Positions 28,841-38,212 of a stretch of 64,000 nucleotides of DNA are shown here, in pieces. Each line of letters starts with the position of its first letter. Position 1 is the first letter of the stretch. This stretch comes from Gemmatimonadales bacterium (GTDB lineage: Bacteria > Gemmatimonadota > Gemmatimonadetes > Gemmatimonadales > GWC2-71-9): the NCBI GenBank assembly GCA_036558125.1, contig DATBGE010000026.1, forward strand, positions 17,382-81,381, read 5' to 3'. Below the pieces are notes generated by a model. That model had not been told where the DNA came from and did not search any database. It saw only the letters and a program-made list of their open reading frames with translations. Position numbers and translations under genes: made by a program.

Positions 28841-29706
28841 GCATCTTCGCCGACAAGAACACCCGCCTCATCGTTCAGGGCATCACCGGCCGTGACGGCT
28901 CGTTCCACGCCAGGCAAATGCTGGAGTACGGCACCCGGCTCGTCGCCGGGGTCACTCCGGGGAAGGGGGGCCAGACCTTCACGCCCGGGGTGCCGATCTT
29001 CAATACTGTCGCCGAAGCAGTTCGGGCCACCGAAGCGAATGCCTCGGTGATCTATGTCCCGCCCATGGGTGCAGCCGGCGCCATCTTCGAAGCCGCCGAC
29101 GCCGGCATCTCTCTCATTGTGTGCATCACTGAGGGCATGCCGGTCCTGGACCTTACCAAGGTCTTGCCCTACGTGCGTGAGCGCGGTGCGCGTCTGATCG
29201 GTCCCAACTGTCCCGGCCTGATTACTCCCGGGGCGTGCAAGATCGGAATCATCCCCGGCAATATCTGCATCCCCGGCCGGGTGGGATTGGTCTCCCGAAG
29301 CGGTACGCTTACCTACGAGGTAGTGCACCAGCTCACCCGGAACGGGATGGGCCAGAGCAGTTGCGTCGGGATTGGTGGAGATCCGCTCATTGGTACCAAT
29401 TTCATCGATTGCCTGCGGGGTTTTCAGGACGACGCCGAAACCGACGCCATCGTCATGCTCGGTGAGATCGGCGGGACCGACGAGCAGAATGCCGCCGCGT
29501 TTGTGAAGGAGTATGTCACCAAGCCGGTGGTCGGATTCATCGCGGGACAGACGGCGCCGAAGGGACGTCGCATGGGTCACGCCGGGGCGATCATCTCCGG
29601 CTCATCGGGCACGGCGGAAGAGAAGATGGCGGCATTCGAGGCGGCTGGAATCGGGGTCATGCGCCGGCCCGCGGACGTGATCGCGCTCCTCCGAGAAAAG
29701 ATGTGA
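28837..29706 (+). CDS. sucD: succinyl-CoA synthetase alpha subunit
   Basis: ATGA overlap with suc[10 protein letters not shown] and phosphohistidine loop GHAGAIISG. Confidence 0.93.
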   Translation: MSIFADKNTRLIVQGITGRDGSFHARQMLEYGTRLVAGVTPGKGGQTFTPGVPIFNTVAEAVRATEANASVIYVPPMGAAGAIFEAADAGISLIVCITEGMPVLDLTKVLPYVRERGARLIGPNCPGLITPGACKIGIIPGNICIPGRVGLVSRSGTLTYEVVHQLTRNGMGQSSCVGIGGDPLIGTNFIDCLRGFQDDAETDAIVMLGEIGGTDEQNAAAFVKEYVTKPVVGFIAGQTAPKGRRMGHAGAIISGSSGTAEEKMAAFEAAGIGVMRRPADVIALLREKM

Positions 29707-30620
29707 CCGCGGCCGGGCTGCTGAGTCCCCGCCGGGTCCTGGTTCCGCTGGAGGCGCGGACCCTCGCCGAGGCGGTCATGAACCTGGTCGCTGCGTGCGC
29801 CGCCGACGGGATGGTGACTGACACGGCCCGGTTGGAAAGCGTGATTGCGGAAGCCTCGCCGGAGGACACGCTCACGGTGGGTGCCGATTTCTTCCTCCCG
29901 CACTTCAGGACCGACGCAGTCTCGAGTGTGGTCGTGGCGCTGGGGATCGCGCCGAAGCCGATTCCCCGTTCGCTGAAGACGAGACGCAAGGCCCGTGGAG
30001 TGCTGCTGGTGGTTGCCCCGGTGAAAGAGGCCGCCGCGTACCTGCAAACCGTCGCGGCGTTTGCCAGGGTGCTGGCCGATGCCGATTCGAGAAAGGCCAT
30101 TTTTGGCGCAACCAGCCCCGATGAGGTGCTGGCAGTTCCCGCGCTCCGTGATCTGACCATCGAAGGCCCGCTTCGCGTGGGAGACATCATGGCGCCGGTG
30201 ATCAGCATCGCGCCGGAGACCTCTCTGGGCGATGCCGCGGCGCTGATGGTGCGCCGGAGTCTCGAGGCGCTGCCGGTCGTTGGACAACGCAACGAGGTAC
30301 TGGGCGTTGTGTCCCAGGCGGAGCTGCTCGACTACCTCGTGCCTTCCTACGTTCAGCAGTTGACCACGGGGAAAGTGATGGCGGTACGGAAAGTCTCAGG
30401 TCGGATGACGGCCGATCCGCGGGACTTGCCGGTCCGCGAGGCGATGCGCCGCAATGTGATCTGTGTAGACGAGCATCAGACGGTCGCCGAGGCCGCTGCC
30501 CTGATGGCCCACAAGGATCTGGACCGGATCCCCGTCGTCAAGGAAGGGGCGCTGGTCGGCATCTTGGCTCGCAGCGATCTGGTGCGGAAGGTGATCGGCA
30601 GTGTCAAACGAGAGTCATAG
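29703..30620 (+). CDS. PTS EIIA(Ntr)-like domain fused to a CBS-pair domain
   Basis: The GTG overlaps the sucD stop. The N-terminal ~150 aa follow the PtsN/EIIA-2 pattern, with candidate phospho-His in [10 protein letters not shown]. The C-terminal half has two CBS repeats (..ALPVV.., ..[19 protein letters not shown]). Confidence 0.7.
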   Translation: MTAAGLLSPRRVLVPLEARTLAEAVMNLVAACAADGMVTDTARLESVIAEASPEDTLTVGADFFLPHFRTDAVSSVVVALGIAPKPIPRSLKTRRKARGVLLVVAPVKEAAAYLQTVAAFARVLADADSRKAIFGATSPDEVLAVPALRDLTIEGPLRVGDIMAPVISIAPETSLGDAAALMVRRSLEALPVVGQRNEVLGVVSQAELLDYLVPSYVQQLTTGKVMAVRKVSGRMTADPRDLPVREAMRRNVICVDEHQTVAEAAALMAHKDLDRIPVVKEGALVGILARSDLVRKVIGSVKRES

Positions 30621-30650
30621 CAATCCGGTAACTACACCAACGGAGGCAGA

Positions 30651-31082
30651 GTGGCAGGCAACATCACCTTGGGCATCGTGAAACCCGACGCGGTTGAGAC
30701 CGGAAGGACCGGGCTCATCATCGCTCACCTTCAAAAGGAAGGCTTTGTCGTCCGCGCCGCTCGGCTGGTTCGACTGACCACCGCCCAGGCGGGAGCCTTC
30801 TACGAGGTGCATAAAGGCCGGCCCTTCTACAACGATCTGGTCGCCTTCATGACCAGCGGCCCCTGTCTTCCGATGGCTCTCGAACGGGCGGATGCCGTCG
30901 CCCATTTCCGGAAGGTCATTGGCGCGACGGACCCCGCCGAAGCGGCAGCCGGGACGATCCGAAAGTTGTACGCCGAGTCCAAGGGGCGGAACGCGGTGCA
31001 CGGGTCGGATAGCGACGAAAATGCGGCACGGGAGGTCGGTTTCTTCTTCCCCGAAGGGGAGCTGGCAGGGCTCTGGAAATAG
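30651..31082 (+). CDS. ndk: nucleoside diphosphate kinase
   Basis: TLGIVKPDAV, GPCLPMALE and active-site NAVHGSDS motifs. Confidence 0.93.
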   Translation: MAGNITLGIVKPDAVETGRTGLIIAHLQKEGFVVRAARLVRLTTAQAGAFYEVHKGRPFYNDLVAFMTSGPCLPMALERADAVAHFRKVIGATDPAEAAAGTIRKLYAESKGRNAVHGSDSDENAAREVGFFFPEGELAGLWK

Positions 31083-31140
31083 GTTAAACCAGAGGGGGCC
31101 AACTTGACCCAAGTCGTTGTCCTGACTAACATTCGCGGCT

Positions 31141-31611
31141 ATGTTGGTGATCGACCTGAGGGACCTTCATAAGGGGCCGGTGGAGACTGTGGGGCGGCTT
31201 GAGCCGGCCGACACGGCCTTTGAAGGACTAGATCTCGAGTTGGATGGGCCGGTCGAAGTGCGGGGCCGTCTCCAGGAGACTGGGCAGGCCGAGTTTTTCT
31301 GGCACGCCACGCTGACCGGCCGCTTTCGCGGGGCCTGCCGGCGTTGTCTCACGGAGTTCACCTATCCGTTCGCCACAGACGTGGACGCGCTCTTCAGCGC
31401 CAACCCGGACGCGGCGGACGACCCCAGCGTTTATCCCTTGGACCAGCCCGTGTCCCGGGTGGATGTTCGCCACGCGGTGCGCGAGGAGTTGGCTCTCTCG
31501 TCCACCGCGTTCCCGCTGTGCCGGGAGGACTGTGCTGGGCTCTGCAGCCGGTGCGGAGCTGACCTGAACGCCGGACCGTGCTCGTGCGCGGACTCGGCCG
31601 AAACGAACTGA
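31141..31611 (+). CDS. yceD: YceD/DUF177 family protein
   Basis: 156 aa immediately upstream of rpmF, with CRRCL...CSRCGADLN zinc-ribbon-like cysteines typical of YceD. Confidence 0.8.
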   Translation: MLVIDLRDLHKGPVETVGRLEPADTAFEGLDLELDGPVEVRGRLQETGQAEFFWHATLTGRFRGACRRCLTEFTYPFATDVDALFSANPDAADDPSVYPLDQPVSRVDVRHAVREELALSSTAFPLCREDCAGLCSRCGADLNAGPCSCADSAETN

Positions 31612-31618
31612 GGATCGG

Positions 31619-31801
31619 ATGGCTGTTCCTAAGCGAAAACTCTCCAAGTCACGCAAACGGCTTCGCCGTGGCCACGACAAGGCCGCAGTCCGCGCCCACC
31701 AGGCCTGCCCCCGCTGCGGCTCGCCTAAAATCCCGCACCGCGTCTGCGGCACCTGCGGGTATTACCGCGGCAAGAAGATGGTCGAGGTCGAGGACGCCTG
31801 A
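31619..31801 (+). CDS. rpmF: 50S ribosomal protein L32
   Basis: MAVPKRKLSKSRKRLRRGHDKA N-terminus and a CxxC...CxxC zinc motif. Confidence 0.95.
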   Translation: MAVPKRKLSKSRKRLRRGHDKAAVRAHQACPRCGSPKIPHRVCGTCGYYRGKKMVEVEDA

Positions 31802-31803
31802 GG

Positions 31804-32817
31804 GTGATTCGCATCGCTCTCGACGCCATGGGGGGTGATCACGCCCCGCAGGCCGAGATCGAAGGGGCGATCCTGGCCCTGACGACGTTGCCGGCCGCCT
31901 TCCGGATCGTCCTGGTTGGCAAGGCGGACGTCATTGAGGCCGAACTCGCCCGGCATCCCGAGATAGACCGCAATCGTCTCGGCGTCTGTCACGCCCCCGA
32001 CGTTATTGCGATGGACGAGAAACCGCTCTCGGCCGTCCGCAAGAAGCCCCAGTCCAGTATCTCGATCGGCCTCGGCCTGATAAAGGCCGGTGAGGCCGAT
32101 GCCTTCGTCTCCGCCGGCAACACCGGCGCGGTTCTCGCCGCGTCCACCATCCTGCTCGGCCTTCACGACGGAGTCGAGCGGGCAACCGTCGGCACCCTGT
32201 TTCCGACCGCCGACGTTCCGGTGCTGGTCGTCGATGGCGGCGCCAACGTGGATTGCTCCCCTCGCGAGCTGCTGGGCTTTGCCTATCTGGGGACCGTGTA
32301 CACTCGAGACGTGTTGGGCCGCGAGTCTCCCAAGGTTGGATTGCTCAATATCGGCGAAGAAGAGGAGAAGGGAAACGCGACCGCGAAGGAGGCGCACCAG
32401 CTCCTCAAGGTGGCGCCCAATCTGAACTACATCGGCAACGTCGAAGGCCGCGACATCATCGCCGGCCACAGCAAGCTGGGCCAGCTCGACGTGGTCGTCT
32501 GCGATGGATTCGTCGGGAACATCGTGCTCAAGTTCTACGAATCGGTCGCCCGACTCATCCTCAAGCTCGTCCGGCTGAAAGCGCCTGATGTCCTTCAGCG
32601 GAGTGACATCCGGGAAGTATTCCGCGTGCTGGACTATTCCGAGTATGGCGGGGCTCCGCTGCTCGGAGTCAAAGGGGTTTCCATCATCTGCCATGGCAGT
32701 TCGAGTCCCAACGCGTTCAAGAACGCTTTGCGGGTCGCCATTACCGCCGTGGAGCACGACCTGAGTGGCCGGATCGGTGCCGAGTTCGAGCGGCGCGAAG
32801 CGGCAAACCCCGCATGA
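31804..32817 (+). CDS. plsX: phosphate acyltransferase PlsX
   Basis: IALDAMGGDHAP N-terminus. Conserved rpmF-plsX-fabH order. Confidence 0.92.
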   Translation: MIRIALDAMGGDHAPQAEIEGAILALTTLPAAFRIVLVGKADVIEAELARHPEIDRNRLGVCHAPDVIAMDEKPLSAVRKKPQSSISIGLGLIKAGEADAFVSAGNTGAVLAASTILLGLHDGVERATVGTLFPTADVPVLVVDGGANVDCSPRELLGFAYLGTVYTRDVLGRESPKVGLLNIGEEEEKGNATAKEAHQLLKVAPNLNYIGNVEGRDIIAGHSKLGQLDVVVCDGFVGNIVLKFYESVARLILKLVRLKAPDVLQRSDIREVFRVLDYSEYGGAPLLGVKGVSIICHGSSSPNAFKNALRVAITAVEHDLSGRIGAEFERREAANPA

Positions 32818-33806
32818 TACAGCGTCCTTTCGTCTACATCGCCGGCCTCGGCGTCGCTATCCCGGAACGGGTCGTCACCAACGCCGACTTCGAGAAGACG
32901 CTCGATACTTCCGATCAATGGATCGTGGAGCGCACCGGAATCCGCGAGCGCCGCTTCGCGCGCCCGGACGAGACCGTCTCGACCATGGGGAAGGACGCCG
33001 CGGTAAAGGCGCTGTGCAAAGCCGGCATCACGGCGGCCGAACTCGATAACATCATTGTCGCGACCGCGACGCCGGATAGTCCGCTGCCCTCTACGGCGTG
33101 CCAGATTCAGGCGCTGCTGGGCGCCGAGCGTGCGGCCACGTTCGACATCGCCGCCGCCTGCTCCGGCTTCGTGTACGGATTGACGATCGCCGAGGGTCTG
33201 ATCGCCTCAGGGCAGGGCGAGAAGATCCTGGTAGTTGGTGGCGAGAAGCTTACCAGCATCACCGATCCCCTCGACCGCTCGACCGCGATTCTCTTCGGGG
33301 ATGGAGCCGGTGCCGCCGTGGTGCAGAAGACTTCTGGCGGAAATCGCGGGATTCTTTCGACCTTCATCCGCTCCGATGGCCGGCTCAAGCTGCTCCTCCA
33401 TATCCCTGGCGGAGGCACGGCTGACCCGATCAGCGAGAAGGTAGTGCGGGAACGGTCGCACTACATGAAGATGGCGGGGCGCGAAGTCTTCAAGCACGCG
33501 GTAACCGAGATGGCCGAAGCCTGCGACGTGGCACTTACGCGCGCGGGCATCACCGGCGAGCAGCTCGACCTGCTGGTCCCCCACCAGGCCAACATCCGGA
33601 TCATCGAATCGACGGCGAAGCACGCGGGACTGCCGATGAGCAAAGTGATGGTCAACGTGGACCGCTACGGGAACACTTCCTCGGCGTCGATCCCGCTTGC
33701 GCTGGCGCAGGCCGAGCAGGAGGGACGGTTGAAGCCGGGAATGCTGGTGATGCTGGTCGCGTTCGGCGCCGGCTTCACCTGGGGGAGCGCGGTCATCCGG
33801 TGGTGA
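32814..33806 (+). CDS. fabH: 3-oxoacyl-ACP synthase III
   Basis: Active-site AAACSGFVYGL, HQANIRI, GNTSSASIP. Confidence 0.93.
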   Translation: MIQRPFVYIAGLGVAIPERVVTNADFEKTLDTSDQWIVERTGIRERRFARPDETVSTMGKDAAVKALCKAGITAAELDNIIVATATPDSPLPSTACQIQALLGAERAATFDIAAACSGFVYGLTIAEGLIASGQGEKILVVGGEKLTSITDPLDRSTAILFGDGAGAAVVQKTSGGNRGILSTFIRSDGRLKLLLHIPGGGTADPISEKVVRERSHYMKMAGREVFKHAVTEMAEACDVALTRAGITGEQLDLLVPHQANIRIIESTAKHAGLPMSKVMVNVDRYGNTSSASIPLALAQAEQEGRLKPGMLVMLVAFGAGFTWGSAVIRW

Positions 33807-34735
33807 TCGTTCTGCTCTGCCCCGGGCAGGGCGCGCAGAAGGTCGGGATGGGGAAGGACCTGGCGGAGCACTTCCCGGCCGCGCGCGAGGTGTTCCAGCG
33901 GATTGATGACACGCTGGGGGCGCCCCTTTCGCGTCTGATGTGGGAAGGACCCGAGGAAGAGCTTACCCTCACCCACAACGCGCAGCCAGCGATCCTCGCC
34001 CACTCCGCCGCGGTCTGGGCCGTCGTTGGGGATCGCCTGGCGTCGTCGCTGAAGGCGGCTGCGGGACACAGCTTGGGTGAATACAGCGCGTACGTGGCCG
34101 CGGGATCGCTCAGCGCGGAGAATGGTGCCCAGCTGGTCCGCCGCCGCGGTGAGCTGATGTACCAGGCCGGCACCCAGCGTCCCGGAGCCATGAGTGCGGT
34201 GCTCGGCCTCGCCACGAGTGAGGTGGAGGCCGCCTGTCGCGAGGCTTCGACCGCGGAAGCGGTTGCGGTGCCAGCGAACCTGAACGCCCCTGATCAAACC
34301 GTCATTTCGGGCGATCCGGTCGCAGTGGAGAAGGCGGGAGAGGCTTGCAAGACCCGAGGGGCAAAGAGGGTAGTGTCGCTCAAGGTCAGCGGCGCGTTCC
34401 ACTCTCCGCTGATGAAGCCGGCGGTGCCCGGTCTGCAGCAGGCCCTGGAGCAGGTGGCGTTCGCGGAGCCGCGAGTGCCGATCTTCGCGAACGCCACCGC
34501 GGGCCCGGTAACCACGGGTAGCGAAGCCCGGCGACTCCTCGCGGAGCAGCTGACCGCGCCGGTTCGATGGGTGGAATGCATGCAGGCCGCGGGAGCAGCC
34601 GTACCGGGTGCCCGCTTCATCGAAATCGGCCCGGGGAGTGTCCTGTCTGGCCTGCTCAAGCGAATCGTGCCGGGCGCCAGCTCGACAGCACTTGGCACTG
34701 CGGCTGAGATCGAGAAATTCCTGCAGGAGGCCTGA
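33800..34735 (+). CDS. fabD: malonyl CoA-ACP transacylase
   Basis: LCPGQGAQKVGMG and active-site GHSLGEYSA. Confidence 0.92.
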   Translation: MVIVLLCPGQGAQKVGMGKDLAEHFPAAREVFQRIDDTLGAPLSRLMWEGPEEELTLTHNAQPAILAHSAAVWAVVGDRLASSLKAAAGHSLGEYSAYVAAGSLSAENGAQLVRRRGELMYQAGTQRPGAMSAVLGLATSEVEAACREASTAEAVAVPANLNAPDQTVISGDPVAVEKAGEACKTRGAKRVVSLKVSGAFHSPLMKPAVPGLQQALEQVAFAEPRVPIFANATAGPVTTGSEARRLLAEQLTAPVRWVECMQAAGAAVPGARFIEIGPGSVLSGLLKRIVPGASSTALGTAAEIEKFLQEA

Positions 34736-34737
34736 GC

Positions 34738-35475
34738 TTGACGATCGACCTGACGGGAAAGACCGCGTTCGTCACCGGTTCCACCCGGGGAATCGGTCTC
34801 GCGATCGCCCAGGCGCTTCATAAGGCAGGAGCCAAGGTGGCGATCGTCGGACGCGACCGTGCGAAGGCCCAAGCCGTCGCGACTCAACTGGGGAACGGTG
34901 CCGCGGGAGTCGCTTGCGATGTGGCCGTCGGTTCGCAGGTCGAGGCCGCCATCGCCGAGACCGAAAAGGCACTCGGACCGATCGATATTCTGGTCAACAA
35001 CGCCGGGCTCACCCGGGACAATCTCATCCTCCGCATGAGTGAGGAGGAATGGGATGCGGTGCTGGCCGCCAATCTCAAGGGCGCCTATTTCACGATCAAG
35101 GCGGTCACCAAAGGGATGATGAAGCGGCGCAGTGGCCGGATCATCAACATCACGAGCGTTGTGGGCATCACGGGAAACAAAGGGCAGGCCAACTACGCGG
35201 CGAGCAAGGCGGGGCTCATCGGGCTCACCAAGTCGGTGGCCAGGGAGTATGCCAGCCGCAATATTCTGGTCAACGCGGTCGCCCCTGGGTTCATCGAGAC
35301 CGACATGACCAGCGGCTTGCCGGACGAGGCCAGGGCCGCGATGTTAGGCGGCGTCTCCCTTGGCCGGTCCGGACGCCCAGAAGATATTGCGGGAGCGGTG
35401 CTCTTTCTCGCATCCGATCTCGCCGGGTACATTACCGGGCAGGTCCTTGCAGTTGACGGCGGCATGACGGTCTGA
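34738..35475 (+). CDS. fabG: 3-oxoacyl-ACP reductase
   Basis: TGSTRGIGLAIA cofactor motif and the NYAASKAG catalytic motif of SDR FabG. Confidence 0.92.
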   Translation: MTIDLTGKTAFVTGSTRGIGLAIAQALHKAGAKVAIVGRDRAKAQAVATQLGNGAAGVACDVAVGSQVEAAIAETEKALGPIDILVNNAGLTRDNLILRMSEEEWDAVLAANLKGAYFTIKAVTKGMMKRRSGRIINITSVVGITGNKGQANYAASKAGLIGLTKSVAREYASRNILVNAVAPGFIETDMTSGLPDEARAAMLGGVSLGRSGRPEDIAGAVLFLASDLAGYITGQVLAVDGGMTV

Positions 35476-35502
35476 ATTACACCATCCCCTTCAGAGGACG
35501 CC

Positions 35503-35742
35503 ATGAGCAACGTGGAAGATAAGGTCAAGGACATCATCGTCGAGGAGCTGGGCGTCGAGCGGGAGAAGCTGACTTCCGAGGCCAGTTTCATGGAGGATCT
35601 TGGCGCGGACAGCCTCGACACCGTCGAGCTGGTCATGGCCTTCGAGAAGGAATTCGATATCGACATCCCGGACGAAGAAGCCGAGAAGCTGCGCACCGTG
35701 GGTGACGCTCTCAAGTATCTCCACGAGAAAATCGGGAAATAA
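35503..35742 (+). CDS. acpP: acyl carrier protein
   Basis: 79 aa. [16 protein letters not shown] phosphopantetheine-attachment site. Confidence 0.95.
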   Translation: MSNVEDKVKDIIVEELGVEREKLTSEASFMEDLGADSLDTVELVMAFEKEFDIDIPDEEAEKLRTVGDALKYLHEKIGK

Positions 35743-35745
35743 CGC

Positions 35746-36984
35746 GTGCGTCGTGTCGTCGTCACCGGCCTTGGGCTGGTGACTCCCGTTGGCAATACTG
35801 TCGAAGAATCCTGGGCCGGCCTCCTGGCCGGCCGGTCTGGTGCGGCTGCGATCACCAAGTTCGATACCGCGCGGCAGGGTGTACGGTTTGCCTGTGAAAT
35901 CAAAGGGTTCGATCCGATCCAGTACATGGACCGGAAAGAGGCCCGACGTTACGATCTGTTCGTGCAGTACGGGCTGGGCGCCGCGCAGCAGGCGGTTGCC
36001 CAGTCGGGGCTCGAGGGCAGGTTTCCCGCGCCGGAGCGTACCGGTGTTGTGATTGGCAGCGGCATCGGAGGGATGCAGACCTTCGAAGACAACTGCCGCG
36101 CCTTCGTCGAGAAGGGACCGGACCGGGTCTCCCCCTTCTTCGTTCCGATGTTCATCCCCGACATCGCCGCGGGTCTCGTCTCCATCCGCTACGGCCTCAA
36201 GGGTCCCAACTACGCCACGGTGTCCGCCTGTGCTTCGTCGGCCCATGCCATCGGCGAATCCTACCGCTATATCCGGCACGGCGTCGCCGACGCCATGGTC
36301 TGCGGCGGGGCTGAAGCCGCCATCACCGGCCTGACCGTAGCCGCCTTCAACAACATGAAGGCGCTCTCCACGAGGAACGACGATCCGGAGAGAGCCAGCC
36401 GTCCCTTCGACAAGGACCGGGACGGGTTCGTTCTGGGGGATGGCGCCGGAATGGTCGTCCTCGAGGCTCTCGAGCATGCCGAGGCTCGGGGTGCGGTCAT
36501 CCTCGGAGAGGTGATCGGCTACGGGCTGAGCGGAGACGCCCACCATATCACGTCGCCGCCCGACAATGGCGATGGTGCGCAGCTGGCGATGAAGATGTGC
36601 CTCAAAGACGGACTCATCGATCCGAAAGAGGTCGACTACATCAACGCCCACGGGACGTCGACTCCGCAGGGAGATGTCGCCGAAACCCGGGCGGTGAAGG
36701 CGGTCTTCGGCGATCACGCCCGCAAGCTCGTGTTCAACTCCACGAAATCGATGACCGGCCACCTGCTGGGTGCTGCGGGTGGGCTCGAGTTCTGCATCTC
36801 CACCCTCGTGGCCTCGACCTGCAAGATTCCGCCGACCATCAATCAGGTCACGCCGGATCCCGACTGCGATCTGTTCTCGGCGCCCAACAAGATGATCGAG
36901 CGCCCGATCCGGGTGGCGCTGTCCAATTCGTTCGGTTTCGGCGGGCACAACGTGACCCTGGCGGTCCGGAGGTTCGAGGAGTAG
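35746..36984 (+). CDS. fabF: 3-oxoacyl-ACP synthase II
   Basis: Active-site SACASSAHAIG, HGTSTPQGD, SFGFGGHN. Confidence 0.93.
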   Translation: MRRVVVTGLGLVTPVGNTVEESWAGLLAGRSGAAAITKFDTARQGVRFACEIKGFDPIQYMDRKEARRYDLFVQYGLGAAQQAVAQSGLEGRFPAPERTGVVIGSGIGGMQTFEDNCRAFVEKGPDRVSPFFVPMFIPDIAAGLVSIRYGLKGPNYATVSACASSAHAIGESYRYIRHGVADAMVCGGAEAAITGLTVAAFNNMKALSTRNDDPERASRPFDKDRDGFVLGDGAGMVVLEALEHAEARGAVILGEVIGYGLSGDAHHITSPPDNGDGAQLAMKMCLKDGLIDPKEVDYINAHGTSTPQGDVAETRAVKAVFGDHARKLVFNSTKSMTGHLLGAAGGLEFCISTLVASTCKIPPTINQVTPDPDCDLFSAPNKMIERPIRVALSNSFGFGGHNVTLAVRRFEE

Positions 36985-37012
36985 CAGGTCGGGCCGGAGT
37001 GCGCCGCATGTC

Positions 37013-37050
37013 AAGACCCTCCGGTGCTCCGGGGGGTCTTGTTCTTTCTC
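37013..37050 (+). terminator. intrinsic terminator after fabF
   Basis: AAGACCC-T-CCGG / CCGG-G-GGGTCTT stem (37013-37040) followed by GTTCTTTCTCTCC. Confidence 0.65.
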
Positions 37051-37105
37051 TCCGGTTGGGCCATCTCTGCTGGCGAGGGAAATCCACCGAACTGCTTGAG
37101 GACAT

Positions 37106-38200
37106 ATGGCTACCTGGCACCGGCTCGGTACCCGCGCGGAGGTGCTGGCGCGCATCCCGTTCTCCGTGAAGCTCGATCGGCATCAGATCGCCCTGTTCTA
37201 CTACAAGGACCGCTTCTGTGCCATCGGCAACACCTGCAATCACAAGGGCGGCCCCCTGTGTAACGGTCACCTGAATGGCGAATTTGTGATGTGCCCGTGG
37301 CACGGGTGGGAATACAGTGTCCTGACCGGTCGCGGCCCCGCGGGCTACGAAGAGGAGACGGTCCCCACATTTACCGTCGAGGAACGGGAGGACGGCGTCT
37401 ACCTCAACAGCACCCCGGCCACTCCCCGCCACGTGGTGAAGCACGAGCCGCATCCGCTGCTTCATCCCACGCCAAAGCCACCCGGATCACCCCCCAGAGT
37501 CTTTGCGCTCTCAACCACGGCGATGGACGAGGTGAACCCGCGATACTCCACCTCGGACGCGCTGCTCGAGGCCGCAACGGACTATGCGAGGGAGAGCCTG
37601 GGAGCCGAAACCCGCTTTATCCGGCTCACCGACTTGAACTTCCGGCCCTGCGAGGGCAACTACTCGAAGGCGGCGCACGCCTGCACCTGGCCCTGCGCCA
37701 TCACCGAGCGGGATGCCGCCGACCAGCTCACCGCTGTGTACGAGGGCCTCGTGAACTGGGGAGACGTGATCCTCCTGAGTACCCCGATCCGCTGGGGCAA
37801 CGCATCCTCCCTCTATCACCGCATGGCCGAACGGCTCAACTGCGTCCAGAATCAGATCACCATCCACAATCGGGTACTCATCCGCAACAAGGTCGCGGCA
37901 TTCATCATCACCGGTGGCCAGGACAACATTCAGTCGGTGGCCGGTGGCCTGCTGACCTTCTGGAGCGAGCTGGGCTACGTCTTCCCGCCGTTTCCCTTCA
38001 TCGCCCACTCACGTGGGTGGGACGCCGAGGATATGGAGCGGAACGTGGTTCAGGTCAAGATGAGTGAAGTCTTGCGAGAGGCGGCGAGAGAGTTGGTGGG
38101 GCGGGCAGTGGAGTTCTGGAAGGTTCTGGATCGGCACCGTGCCGAGTTGGAGCGTCCGATGCAACGGGGAGGACGCAAAGCGCAGCCGCTCGACGCTTGA
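37106..38200 (+). CDS. Rieske [2Fe-2S] domain fused to a flavodoxin-like/NADPH-dependent FMN reductase-like domain
   Basis: The N-terminal CNHKGGPL...CPWHGWEY motif is a Rieske CxH...CxxH. The C-terminal ~230 aa resemble the iron-sulfur-flavoprotein/FMN_red fold (VILLSTPIRWGNASS, AAFIITGGQDN). Confidence 0.65.
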   Translation: MATWHRLGTRAEVLARIPFSVKLDRHQIALFYYKDRFCAIGNTCNHKGGPLCNGHLNGEFVMCPWHGWEYSVLTGRGPAGYEEETVPTFTVEEREDGVYLNSTPATPRHVVKHEPHPLLHPTPKPPGSPPRVFALSTTAMDEVNPRYSTSDALLEAATDYARESLGAETRFIRLTDLNFRPCEGNYSKAAHACTWPCAITERDAADQLTAVYEGLVNWGDVILLSTPIRWGNASSLYHRMAERLNCVQNQITIHNRVLIRNKVAAFIITGGQDNIQSVAGGLLTFWSELGYVFPPFPFIAHSRGWDAEDMERNVVQVKMSEVLREAARELVGRAVEFWKVLDRHRAELERPMQRGGRKAQPLDA

Positions 38201-38212
38201 GACTCAGTGTGG

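Noticed and set aside
35491-37155. 554-aa minus-strand ORF
   Set aside because: It is antisense to acpP and fabF, both of which have definitive active-site motifs.
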